64,000 nucleotides of DNA from Octopus bimaculoides (taxonomy: Eukaryota): positions 39,130,657-39,194,656 of the forward strand of contig NC_068984.1 of assembly GCF_001194135.2 (NCBI RefSeq), given 5' to 3'. Below the pieces are notes generated by a model. It worked only from the letters and a program-made list of their open reading frames with translations. It had not been told where the DNA came from and did not search any database. This document shows positions 37,903 to 51,024 of the stretch, piece after piece (position 1 is the first letter of the stretch; the number at the start of each line of letters is the position of its first letter). Made by a program: the position numbers and the translations under genes.

Positions 37903-38660
37903 AAATTGAGGGAGTGAAGCAGGTAAAATCCAGGCAACAAATGTTTCCTAGGTAGTAGGTCCTCTGATGTAATAATGGCTCAACAAGGGGTACACTCAGC
38001 TAGCTACTCGTCAGGGGCCGAAGATACCTTAATCATGTGAAGGTTACATTGTCGTTAAGGAATCGCAAGTTAACTCGCCGAAGATATAGTTTGAAATTTC
38101 AATAAGCTTTTCTGCAATATCGTTTTCTTATCAATTTTTTTTTATGAAGCTCGGAATTTACACATTTTTTTTTCAAAACGAATCCCTTTCATTTGTTGAC
38201 TCTTCTGTCATTAAGAGTAACTGATGTATACTTTTCAATGAGGCTCGTTCGAATAATGCCCCTTGTTACTTTGTCTATTAACGCAACGCTTTGGGTTTAT
38301 CATGCCAAGGGAGATAACTTCAATAGTTTTGGAGTTACCATCCTTTGTCAATTATGAACAGGCGTTCTTAAAACACGGGCAATAGGATCGTGGTTTTTCT
38401 TTGAATTAAAATAATTAAACTAGGTATATAATTATTTGCCTCATCAATCGTTTTAACGACTACGTTTCCATGCATGCATGGAAATTTGTCGAAACAAAAT
38501 TTCTACGGTCAAATGCTGTAACTGTTGCCACCCTTCACTTGTTTCTTAGCAAGTCAATATTTACCTATGACTGGATATATTTATCATGGGACACTGGAAA
38601 CGAAAAACATCGCTCGTATGACGTGACACTTGCATACAACCATCATGTAATGTTAAGACT
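37901..38660. repeat. Unclassified dispersed element; other copies at 40845-41012 (about 5 differences in 165 bp) and 23267-23570 (diverged)
   Basis: Shared sequence gagggagtgaagcaggtaaaatccaggcaac...cagctagctactcgtcaggg...gcaagttaac; one end abuts an (AT)15 tract. Confidence 0.8.
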
Positions 38661-38867
38661 GGAGACACATACACATACACACACAATGGGCTTTTTCCAC
38701 CTATCAAATCTACTCATAAGGTAGATTTGACCCGGTGCTATAGGTGAAGGCACTTTCCATACAATAGGAGTGAGCTTGAAACTGTTTGGTCTAATATAAT
38801 TTCATTTCATAAGCCATCACTTTCAGTAGTTTTTCTAAAAATCTAATGTAGTGGGCAAAAAAATTAG

Positions 38868-39106
38868 TGAAGGCATTCTCCCTAGTGGTTAGGGAGTTTC
38901 ACTCAGTCATAAGATTCTGGTTTCAATTCTTTGACTGGGCAGTGCATTATATTTTTGAGTAAAATACTTTATTTCTTGTTGCCACAGTCCACTCAGCTGT
39001 AAATGAGTTCCAGCAATAGCTGGGAAGTTAACCCTGCCATGGACTAGCTTCCTGTTCAGGGGAACAGTGTTGTTATCTCAGTCACTCTTATGCCATAGAA
39101 ACTGGG
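38868..39106 (+). mobile_element. tRNA-head SINE with V-domain-like centre
   Basis: ccctagtggttagg head; gtccactcagctgtaaatgag...aaccctgccatggactagc..ctgttcagggg. Confidence 0.55.
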
Positions 39107-39299
39107 TTAATGCTTTTGATACTAACCCGCCTGAGACCGCTCTAGCTCTGTGGTACAAAACTCTTGTTTCCAAAAGTTGAATTCCTAATAACTGCTTAAT
39201 AATAACAAAATTATTTTACTAAATCCTTCATTATATTTAAAAATAATTAAAGTAAACACAGAGAGTATCTCAACAGAAATATGGTAACAAAAGGGTTAA
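39107..39299. mobile_element. piggyBac-like (TTAA) MITE, family 2; second copy at 24837-25073
   Basis: TTAA-tgcttttgatac ... aacaaaaggg-TTAA; similar sequence at 24837. Confidence 0.6.
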
Positions 39300-40095
39300 A
39301 CCCCAGTCCAATGAGTTTAGCACTCACTACAAGAAAATGTAATCCATGCAAACAGCCAAAAAGAGGCACATACTGGATGGGATAATATAAGAATTAATTT
39401 CTGATTGGTTAAAAAAATTTTTCTTTCTTTTCTCTTTTTTTTTCTGAAAACATGGTGAAAGGAGCACTGAGCTATAAAAGGTTCATAATCACTGATATAA
39501 ACTAATCAAATTCACTCCTTATATTCTAACGTTAGCCAATCATATGGATGGCAGAATTATGTCCCTTCTTATATGCTAAGGTCAAATCCTGCTTAAGTTT
39601 ACTTTGTCTATCATGGTTCCATACTTAATAGGATACCAGAAAGTACATGTGGTTGATTAAATTGATGGCAGAATTTTGGTTTAAGCACCCCATATAAGCT
39701 TCTTACCACACAGCCACACCTGCACCTATGTTTGGCTAAAATTCTTCAAGACATGGCTGCAGTCTAATGACTGAAACAAGTAAAAGAAAGAAATATATAA
39801 TGAAAAGAAATAGGATATATATTATAAGAAATACCACTCAATAATAAATATTATATATGTTCATTTAAATATGATTTGTGTTTTACTATATTTAGTGAGT
39901 AGGTATTTGTGTAGGTATTTAGCTATGTTCCTTCTCTTGAATGCTTGGACATAATTGTAAAAACATTAGATGAAAATCCATTTGGGAGATTCTGTATGGA
40001 CTTTCTAGAAACAACAGTCAAATTAATACAGCAGTACATATCTATAATTGATTTGTGTGCGTGGAAAATGGATGTTAAGTGATGATGATGATGAC

Positions 40096-40184
<89 letters not shown>

Positions 40185-41012
40185 ATCATTGTTTAATGTC
40201 CATCTTCCATGCATGCATGGGTAAGATGGTTGACAGGAGCCGGCCAGGGAGAAAAAAACTNNNNNNNNNNNNNNNNNNNNNNNNNNNNNNNNNNNNNNNN
40301 NNNNNNNNNNNNNNNNNNNNNNNNNNNNNNNNNNNNNNNNNNNNNNNNNNNNNNNNNNNNNNNNNNNNNNNNNNNNNNNNNNNNNNNNNNNNNNNNNNNN
40401 NNNNNNNNNNNNNNNNNNNNNNNNGCGACAAAGAGACAGAAGCAGGTGTCTTGCAGCAACAGAGGGGGCATTAGAGAAGGTGATCCAGTATCAAATGATG
40501 AAAGATTAGAGTGTAACAGAAAAACAGAGGGAGAAATAGGTGTCTTGCTATAGAGGAGGTACATGGTTACCCAGTGAGAAAGAGAGAGAAGGGATAGAGA
40601 GTGAGAAAGAGGCCAGAAACAAAGGTGATACTTGGTTACCTAGTCAGAGGAAAAACAAGAGGAGAGAGTGAGTGTGATCAAAAGAAAAGAGAGAGAGTAG
40701 GAAACAGCAGAAGTGTAAGAAAGAGCAAAAGAGAGATGGTGTAGTGCTATGGTATACTCACAAGTAACAAGAATATGAGCGTAGAACCTGGTTAGAAAAA
40801 TAGGGTGTGAGTGTTGGAGCTGTGGGGAGCAGTGATACAGGCAGTGAGGGAGTGAAGCAGGTAAAATCCAGGCAACAAATGTTTCCTAGGTAGTAGGTCC
40901 TCTGATGTAATAATCGCTCAACAAGGGGTACACTCAGCTAGCTACTCGTCAGGGACCGAAGATACCTTATTCATGTGAAGGTTACATCGTTGTTAAGGAA
41001 TCGCAAGTTAAC

Positions 41013-42925
41013 AGATATTTTCAAGATTCACTGGTCCCACTCCTGAACTATATGGTCATTATATTGATGACTACATCAGTGTGACCTCGCTCTCCCACGA
41101 ACAACTAGACTCCTTCCTCTCTTTTGTCCAATCTTTCCATCCTGCCCTCGAATTCTCCTGCACCATTTCCAACACTTCCATCGCTTTTCTTAACATTTTG
41201 GTCAACATACACCACTCCACTCCACTCTCACCACCTCCATCCATTACAAACACACAGACTCACACTCATACCTCAACTTCTCCTCCTCCCACCCTACTCA
41301 CACCAAGCTCTCCATCCCCTACTCCCAATCCCTCCGTCTGCGCAGGCTCTGCAGTGACAACCATGACTTTGAGATGACTCAGTCTCAACTCATGGCTTGC
41401 CACTTCATCTTTCGTGGATATCTCCTCACCACCATCCACACCGCCCTTGCCAGAGCATGTTCCATAGACTGNNNNNNNNNNNNNNNNNNNNNNNNNNNNN
41501 NNNNNNNNNNNNNNNNNNNNNNNNNNNNNNNNNNNNNNNNNNNNNNNNNNNNNNNNNNNNNNNNNNNNNNNNNNNNNNNNNNNNNNNNNNNNNNNNNNNN
41601 NNNNNNNNNNNNNNNNNNNNNNNNNNNNNNNNNNNNNNNNNNNNNNNNNNNNNNNNNNNNNNNNNNNNNNNNNNNNNNNNNNNNNNNNNNNNNNNNNNNN
41701 NNNNNNNNNNNNNNNNNNNNNNNNNNNNNNNNNNNNNNNNNNNNNNNNGGCTCATTCCCCTGCTCCTGCCCACACTGCCGCACTTGCCCCTACTTCTCCA
41801 ACACCACCATCTTCACATCATTGTCTTTATCATATCACCGACTCCTTTACATGTACTTCTAGCAATGTCATTTACTGCATCTTCTACTCTTTCTGTCCTC
41901 TGTACATTGGTCAAACAGGACGCCGCTTGGGTGACCGGTTCACGGAACACTTCCGAGATGACACCCTGGTCTTCTGCCATTTCTGCTCTACCAATCATTC
42001 ATTACAATACCTGTCTGTGCTTGAATTGTCTTTGCACAGAGGCCATCTGGACTCCCACCTTCGCCAGGAACAGGAATTAATCTTCTCTCTTTGTTCCTTT
42101 GCACCATATGGGCTCAACTCGCCTCTTCATCTGACTCTCCTCCTCTCTCCTCTCTTCATCTCACACCTTCCTCTCTTCACTTCTACCCACCTCTCCTCTC
42201 TTGCCTGACACCTACTTCCTCTCTTCACTCCTACTCACCTTCTCCCTCTCACCTCCCTCCCATCTTCTCCCTTCATCGTTACCCCCCTCCAACCACACTT
42301 CACTCCTACACATCCCAACTCCACCACCCCACACTCACACATCCCACCCCTACTCCCACNNNNNNNNNNNNNNNNNNNNNNNNNNNNNNNNNNNNNNNNN
42401 NNNNNNNNNNNNNNNNNNNNNNNNNNNNNNNNNNNNNNNNNNNNNNNNNNNNNNNNNNNNNNNNNNNNNNNNNNNNNNNNNNNNNNNNNNNNNNNNNNNN
42501 NNNNNNNNNNNNNNNNNNNNNNNNNNNNNNNNNNNNNNNNNNNNNNNNNNNNNNNNNNNNNNNNNNNNNNNNNNNNNNNNNNNNNAAGGTTACCAGCCCC
42601 TATCCACATGCACACACACACTCTCACATACACATGCATGCACACCTTCGTTTTGGGGTTACCACTACTTTATTATCTCCTCTTCTTCCTAGCTCTCCTG
42701 TGTGACCACCCCCACCCAGCCAGCTACCATGATTGACTGCTAGCCGCTAAAGCTTTTTTTTATTCTCTCTCTGTTTATTTTCTCGTGTTCCTTTCTGTTG
42801 AAGAGCGTAGGCTTGAAACGTAAAAGACTTTCTCACCTTCCCAAGCGTTAAACTAATACACCTGTTTGTCACTTATACACCTGTCTTCATCTTGTTTTTT
42901 TTTTGTAAATTCCAGCTATGTGTGT
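41013..42925 (+). mobile_element. Penelope-like element relic (RT plus GIY-YIG endonuclease, 3' pLTR)
   Basis: YIDD at 41060-41071; FHPALEFS; HTDSHSYLNFSSSHP; LRLRRLCSD; GSFPCSCPHCRTC; NVIYCI...LYIGQTGRRLGDRFTEH. Frameshifted and contains two gaps. Confidence 0.9.
42791..42826 (+). ncRNA. Putative atypical minimal type I hammerhead ribozyme motif in the pLTR
   Basis: cttt-CTGTTGA-A-GAGC(gtag)GCTT-GAAAC-GT-A-aaag: stems I and II pair, palindromic ACGT stem III; position 6 is U instead of the conserved A. Confidence 0.5.
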
Positions 42926-44039
42926 GTGTGTCAATATATATAAATAATAAGTTGCTGTTTGGACTAAAACTTTAAAATATAGTTTTTAGCATAAAATGTG
43001 GAGTATTTTAGGTGCTGTTTCAATCCAGATCAATCTTGATTGAGCAGATATGATTAAAGACATTCCAGCCATGAACATTTCATTAGATTTTGTTTATCTT
43101 GGATTTTATAATCCAGTGTGTCCTCATTTTAATACAGTAGTGGGTGATTTGAGGGAGATTTGGCTACTATTTCTAGCAGGTCAAGCAACAATGAAGAGAT
43201 TTGAATTGAAAGCATTAACCAACTGGAAAACAAAAAAAAAATCATTCAATTATATTTTTTACGTTTATGTATATGTGTTGCAAAATTCTTGATGTGAAAC
43301 AGGTACTTGGGGATGGTCATATTTTGCCAGTTAAACACACGCACTATGTGTTTGGTCTTTACTTCAGCTTTATTATTATTATCATTATTATCATTATTAT
43401 TATTAAGGTGGCGAGCTGGCAGAATCGTTAGCAAAATGCATAGTGGCATTTCATCTGTATTTATGTTTTGAGTTCAAATTCCATTGAGGTTAACTTTGTC
43501 TTTTATCCTTTTGGGGGTTGATAAAATGAGTACCAGTTGAACACTGGGGTTGATGTAATCAACTCATTCCCTCCCCCAAAATTGCTGCCCTTGTGGAAAA
43601 AATTTGAAACCCATACTGGGCGAAATGCTTAGCAGTATTTTGTCTGCCACTACATTCTGAGTACAAGTTCTGCCAAGGTCAACTTTGCCTTTCATCCTTT
43701 CGGGGTCGATAAATTAAGTACCAGAGAAACATTGAGGTCGATGTAATTGACTAGTCCCCTCCCACAAAATTTCAGGTTTTGTGCCTTTAGTAGAAGAGAT
43801 TATTATTGTCATCATCATTGTCATTTTTGTTTCTTTGTCAAAGCTCTTTCATCACTCATCCTGTAACTTCTTTAGCAACTCTTTATCCCACATGTCTCCT
43901 CTTGTTCAAGAGGATACACAAAGAAACAAAAATAAAAATAATAAAGCTGAAATAAAGACCAAATACATAGTGCATGTACTTAATTGGCAAAATATGATCA
44001 TCTCCAAGTATTATAAATTATATTTTATTGTGAATCTAA

Positions 44040-44246
<207 letters not shown>

Positions 44247-44573
44247 TGAATTTATGTTAGTTGAACACAAGAAGTTCTCAAAATGTTTCTTGGTTTTTTT
44301 TATTTATTTGTTTAAGGTTGACAGAAGACAAAAAGAATATTGTCTAAAAAAAAATAAAGAAGAGACATGCAGAATGCTACTTTTACTACTATTACTACTA
44401 CTACAACGTGCTGGTCATCAATAAATTACCTTCTTTTTCTAAGTCATATACTTAAAACGAACATTTCAGAATACTTTTTCAGTGGTGCATAAATAAATAG
44501 TAATATACATGTGTGTGTGTGTGTGTGTGTGCACATGTATGTACGCATGCACACACACACACATTCAAATTAT

Positions 44574-44805
44574 TGGCGGCTAGCTGGCAGAAACGTTAGC
44601 ACGCCGTGCGAAATGCTTAGCGGTATTTCGTCTGCCGCTACGTTCTGAGTTCAAATTCCGCCGAGGTCGACTTTGCCTTTCATCCTTTCGGGGTTGATTA
44701 AATAAGTACCAGTTACGCATTGGGGTCGATATAATCGACCTAATCCGTTTGTCTGTCCTTGTTTGTCCCCTCTGTGTGTAGCCCCTTGTGGGTAGTAAAG
44801 AAATA
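44574..44805 (+). mobile_element. Young tRNA-head SINE (family C) with 15-bp TSD; older copies at 13625-13810, 43405-43790, 6570-6760(-), 17100-17275(-), 29200-29310(-), 49840-50030(-), 50780-50890(-)
   Basis: agctggcagaaacgttag / gagttcaaattcc boxes; TSD acacattcaaattat at 44559-44573 and 44806-44820. Confidence 0.9.
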
Positions 44806-47038
44806 ACACATTCAAATTATCCATTAGAAGCAGTTCAATAATCTAAACATTATTAAATATCACATACTTAATGTATGTGTTTTTTGTTGAAATGTCAGGA
44901 GCTGTAGTTTTTCTTCCAGGAAAGATCCTTCTAAAAGTGCATAGTCTTAAGAACAAAGTATATTCAAAGTTAGGCAAAATGAAACCATCCTGGAAATATT
45001 ACTATGTAAGAACAGGGAATTTGCAACCAGAAAAACTGATAATCAACATTATATCATAAGTAGTTGACTATCTAAATATTCAAGATAATGACTTACTGTT
45101 AATATGATTATAATCCCTTTGCTTGGGAATGGTGAATCTTGAAGTGGATAAAGCTATAAATAACAACATGTAAATATTGGGTTAAAAAAAAACTGTTTGA
45201 ATAGGAGAAATTGAAGGCTGCCCATTCCAAAAAGAGTTAGTTCACATTCTTGAAGTTTCTATATTCTTATTACATCAATGATATGATTATAATTTTTTTT
45301 GATAATTAATCTTTTTGTTTAATATTTACATCTAAACTAACTGGCACTCTGTCAGTTACAGCAACAAGGGTTCCAGTTGATCCAAGCAACGGAACAGCCT
45401 ACTCATGAAATTAACATGCAATGTAGGTGCAGAAGTGGCTGTGTGGTAAGTAGCTTGCTTACCAACCACATGGTTCCGGGTTCAGTCCCACTGCGTGGCA
45501 CCTTGGGTAAGTGTCTCCTGCTATAGCTTGGGCCGACCAGAGCCTTGTGAGTGGATTTGGTAGACGGAAACTGAAAGAAGCCCATCATGTATATATATAT
45601 ATCTGTGTTTATACCCCCACCACCATTTGACAACCGATGTTGGTGTGTCTACGTCCCCGTAACTTAGTGGTTCGGTAAAGAGACCAATAGAACAAGTACC
45701 AGGTTTATAAAGAATAAGTTCTGGGGTCAATTTGTTCAACTAAAGGCAGTGCTCCAGCATGGCTATAGTCAAATGACTGAAACAAATAAAAGAGTAAAAG
45801 AGAGTAAGTGGCTGAACACTTCACAGACATGAGTACCCTTAATGTAGTTCTCAGAGAGATTCAGTGTTACACAGAATGTGACAAGGCTGACCCTTTGAAA
45901 AATACAGTTATTACTCATTATTGCCAGCTGAGTGGACTGGGACAATGTGAAATAAAGTGTCTTGCTCAAGGATACAACATGCTGTGAAGACTCAAACTCA
46001 CAACTTTACAATTGTGATCTGAATACCATAACCACTAAGTCATGTGACTTCACTTGTATAATCAATATTTAGATTGGTTTGATCTCCAGTTATCATCATT
46101 CCTGGGTGTGTAAATGACCCTTTATTCTTAAACTAATGGCTAGCAATGTTGTTATTGTAAAGGCTCCTAGTTGGAATTCAGTCAGGTACCGTACTGTTGG
46201 CACTGACTGCTGGATATCCTTTCTAACACTGTAAAGAGCTTAGGGCTAGTTTCCTGGCTTCTCTGGCCTATATATTCTTCCTTGGACGCGATGCCAGTAT
46301 GTTGCAGGATTACTTTTTCTTACTGAGTTGACTGGAGCAACATGAAATGAAGTGTTTTGCTCCAGAAACACAATGCATCACCCAGTCCAGGAATCCAAAC
46401 CACAATCTTACGATCATGTGACCAACACACTAACCACTAACCCATGTGCCTCCAGTGTGTATCGGGTGCATTATATTGTGGCACCAGCACAAGTCTAAAA
46501 AATTTCCTTGATCCTACATCTTTGTTTATTCATTCCTCAAGTAATTTATGATATGTCTCAGGTGGATTAGAGTGGCTCCAACACAGGTTTGGTTACCTTG
46601 CTGTAGAGGAGATACATGGCTATCCCAGTCAAAGTGAGAGAGAGAGAGAGAGAGAGAGATGGTGGTGAAGATGTGCCAGAGCATACCCTCAAGGCACAGG
46701 GAAGTAAAAGTAAGTGGAGTGGTGCAGAGGACTGAACAAAGTGAGTGAGCAGGGAGTTCATGAGAATGTGAAAGGAGAGTGGGAGAGAGGGGAGGGAAAG
46801 GAGAAATGCAGTAAGTAGTGAACACTGGTATATCAGGGAGTTGTGGGATAACAATATATATATATATATTGTTATAATATAACAATATAAATTTGAGATG
46901 GGTGATTCTTTCTTGTCTTGGGATTCACTGTCAAACAGCTGGGTGGAATTGCACGAAAAATTACACAAATGTGTAGAATGATCCGGTGGTGATGCTGGGC
47001 TTTGTATTTTTTTCATAGCTCCATGGTTACCGAGATAA

Positions 47039-47462
47039 TCTACTATAATAATACTCTTGTGTTTATGAATGAGAAAGGAAGGAAGGAAGGGATGATGTCA
47101 TACTTGGTTGTGGGATGATGAAAATTGTACGCTGAAAAAATAAATCAAACAGTGTTTCAACTCTGTGTGAATATGTGCGTGTGTATGTAAAAGGGGTGTG
47201 TGTGTGTGTGTGTGCATGCGCGCGCAATGGAAGTGGGATGGTTCATCTTTGTTCGCTTAGTATTTGGGTTTATTTCTTGATTTGGTTGAATCTTGGCTGG
47301 TTTTTTTTGGTGGTAAGTTATTTTTAGTGTTTTGATGGAAAAAGTCATTCTAAAATTGTTTTTTTAATGTAAGCGTGCCCAAACAATTTGAATGCTTACA
47401 CAGATCAGGTTTTACAGCCACATCATCCAAACCGACCGGGTGAAACTGGGCTTAGCTGCTAG
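47039..47462 (+). mobile_element. Non-autonomous Helitron-like element
   Basis: A|TCTACTATAATAA 5' end; GC-rich hairpin ccgggtgaaactggg near the 3' end; CTAG|T terminus; no TSD. Confidence 0.7.
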
Positions 47463-48209
47463 TACATATATATGTGTGTGTGTGTGTAGAAGGTCGAAAA
47501 GTACACACGAGTTGATATGTATGAGTAAAATAGGATAAGGTAGAAATTGTGGGAAAATTAAATTAAATGTTTTTTTTTAAATATTTCAAAACACATTTCA
47601 TTTAATTTTTCCACAATTTAATTGTTTTTCGTNNNNNNNNNNNNNNNNNNNNNNNNNNNNNNNNNNNNNNNNNNNNNNNNNNNNNNNNNNNNNNNNNNNN
47701 NNNNNNNNNNNNNNNNNNNNNNNNNNNNNNNNNNNNNNNNNNNNNNNNNNNNNNNNNNNNNNNNNNNNNNNNNNNNNNNNNNNNNNNNNNNNNNNNNNNN
47801 NNNNNNNNNNNNNNNNNNNNNNNNNNNNNNNNNNNNNNNNNNNNNNNNNNNNNNNNNNNNNNNNNNNNNNNNNNNNNNNNNNNNNNNNNNNNNNNNNNNN
47901 NNNNNNNNNNNNNNNNNNNNNNNNNNNNNNNNNNNNNNNNNNNNNNNNNNNNNNNNNATGTGTGCGGGTGGCACGTAAAAGCACCCACTACACTCTCTGA
48001 GTGGTTGGCGTTAGGAAGGGCATCTAGCTGTAGAAACTCTGCCAAATCAGATTGGAGGCTGGTGTTGCCATCCGGTTTCACCAATCCTCAGTCAAATCGT
48101 CCAACCCATGCTAGCATGGAAAGCGGACATTAAACGATGATGATGATGATGATGATACACACACACACACACACGCATACACAAAAGTTGAAATTTATTT
48201 CTCATTTAG

Positions 48210-48320
<111 letters not shown>

Positions 48321-48864
48321 TAATTATAATTCCTATTTTTTATTTTCAATTATTAAATCTGTTTTTCAAGTTTATTTATTAAAAAAAAAATTTCTTTTTA
48401 ACGTATTTCAGGGACCTTTTGGCATTAATAGTGCTTCTGTCACTATAATAGTTAATTTTTAATAAGCCTGCTGGCTATTTGCACCACCAGTGTTTGAAAA
48501 GATGCTGATATTTTATATATTGTAGCAGTGAGATTTCACTGACAAGTGTTGACTGGACGCTTTCCACTTATGATTTCCAGTAGAATGAAATTATGTGATG
48601 TGGGAATTCCAGCACCTATATCAGATGATTCTTGTCTGCTATAATCTGTGTATGCTTTTATACACCAAGCGCTTATATGAGTGGATCTCTCAAGGCTAAT
48701 AATGCAGTACTTAGTGTTCCAACAAGACGTCCATGTTAAGTCTGATATAAAGATTATCTATTAATATTATTTTGACAGAAACTTTCATTGATATTAACCA
48801 TTTGGTCATCATATTTCTGTTGAAATACACTGTCTTTGTTTCAGTTAATTTTGAAAATAATGAA

Positions 48865-48900
<36 letters not shown>

Positions 48901-48906
<6 letters not shown>

Positions 48907-49075
48907 CAAATTTACAGAAAATAAAAGACGAAGACAGGTAAAGGGACAGTGAGCAAGTGTATTAGTTTAATGCTTGAGAAGAATGGAAAAGTCTTAGACA
49001 TTTCAAGCCTGTACTTTTCAACAGAAAAGATTGAGAGGGGAAAAAAATGGAGAGAGAAAAAGTGTGCTGGGATTA
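48901..49075 (-). mobile_element. Solo copy of the Penelope pLTR
   Basis: Reverse complement matches 42760-42920 (ctgttgaa..aggcttgaaa..aagactt, ttaaactaatacac, cctgtcttc..tgtaaatt..aactat). Confidence 0.8.
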
Positions 49076-50687
49076 ATGGTTTAACATGATGAAATGACCT
49101 TAAGGATATCCTTAACCTTTTAGTATTTGAATTATTTTGTCAAGTATAATGCTTATTTATTGACATTGTGACTGACACCCATGCCGGTGGCATGTAAAAA
49201 GCACCATTTGAGTGTGGTTGATGCCAGTGCCTCCTGCCTGGCTCTTGTGCTGGTGACACGTAAAAAGGACCCACTACACTTTTGGAGTGGTTAGCTTTAG
49301 GAAGGACATCCAGCTGTAGATTGGAGCCTGGTGTTGCCTCCTGGCTTGTCAGTCCTCAGTCAAACTGTCCAACCCATGCTAGCATGGAAAGTGGATGTTA
49401 AATGATGATGATGATTGTCTTTTATTAATCATGCACTATCTTGCTAAAACCTATTAATATTTCGAATCTGCCGAAGGCTTAATATATTAAACAATGTGTG
49501 TGTGTACCCTATCGGATAGTTACTTCCCTTAGACTACTAAAATTCTTGTTTTTGTCTAGAAATTGGAGCAAAGTTTTAATGTCCCATCCTATTTGAGACC
49601 TATGTTTTAGATAGCCATATATTTTACATTCATTAAAATCTAATAGTCACATTTTTGCCATAGACTTAGATCTCAAGTCTATGACTTAGATCTCAAGTCT
49701 AATGAATGTTAGCAAACTTACTGTTCGAAAACATCTATAAGTTAATAACAACAATAATAATTCTGCTATAGGCACAAGACCTGCTTAATATTAATAATGA
49801 TAATAAATGCCCTGTTGCTGTACTAGTACTACTACTACTGGCACAAGGCCTGAGATTTTGGGGTGGGTAGGGAAGCTAGTTAATTACATTGACCCAGTAC
49901 TTAACTGGTACTTATTTTATCAACCCAAAAAAGACAAAGGGCAAAGTTGACTTTGGTGGAATTTAAACTCAGAATGCAAAGACAGATGAAATGCTGCTAA
50001 ATATTATTTTGTCTGGCATGCTTATGATTCTAGCAAAATCATTAAAATATCATCGCTGCCAGTGCCGCTGGACTGGCTCCTGTGCAAGTGGCACGTTAAA
50101 AACACCATTTTGAGCGTGGCCGTTGCCAGTACCACCTGACTGGCCCTCTTGCCGGTGGCATGTAAAAGCACCCACTACACTCTCGGAGTGGTTGGTGTTA
50201 GGAAGGGCATTCAGCTGTAGAAACTCTGCCAGATCAGATTGGAGCCTGGTGCAGCCATCCGGTTCACCAGTCCTCAGTCAAATCGTCCAACCCATGCTAG
50301 CATGGAAAGCGGACGTTAAACGATGATGATGATGATGATGAGTGATTCATCAAAATAATATAATATAATGATTCTGACAGAATCAGTAAAATAATATGTA
50401 AAGAAGAGAATATGACCATCTGTAGTAGATTGAAAAGAGAACTAAAAATTATATAGAACTTAAAGGAAGTAAGTGTAGGAGTTGGTGTGTTTGGAATAGT
50501 AACTACCAATCTCAGATCTTGGTTAGATCAGTTACAGTTCAAAAGTAAATTGGAACTGCTGCAGGAACCTACGCTATTTGGAAGAGTAGGGATCACAAAA
50601 CAAGTCTTTGAGACCTGAGTGTGTTGGATGTGGCTTGCTATCAAGGTGAAATTATTCCTGTTCAACACTCTCACACTGAGATAACTC

Positions 50688-50752
<65 letters not shown>

Positions 50753-51024
50753 CAGCAGCAGCAGTAGCAGTAGTAGTAGTTTCTAATGTAATACAAGGCC
50801 TGAAATTTGAAGGTGGTGCTAGTTGCTTACGTTAACCCCAGTACTTGATTGGTGCTTTATTTTATGAACCTTAGGACTGAACCTGAAAGTACATAGTTGG
50901 AAAGCAAACTTCTTAACCACACAGCTATGTCTGTGCCTACAACTTCCACCACACATCCATCCACTCACCCACTCCCATCTACTTACCCATACAACATATA
51001 AAATTTGCATGTATGTTAAAAAAA

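Noticed and set aside
37985-38020. Minus-strand CTGACGAG as a hammerhead core (also CTGATGAG at 61352-61359)
   Set aside because: No properly placed GAAA, and stems I and II do not pair.
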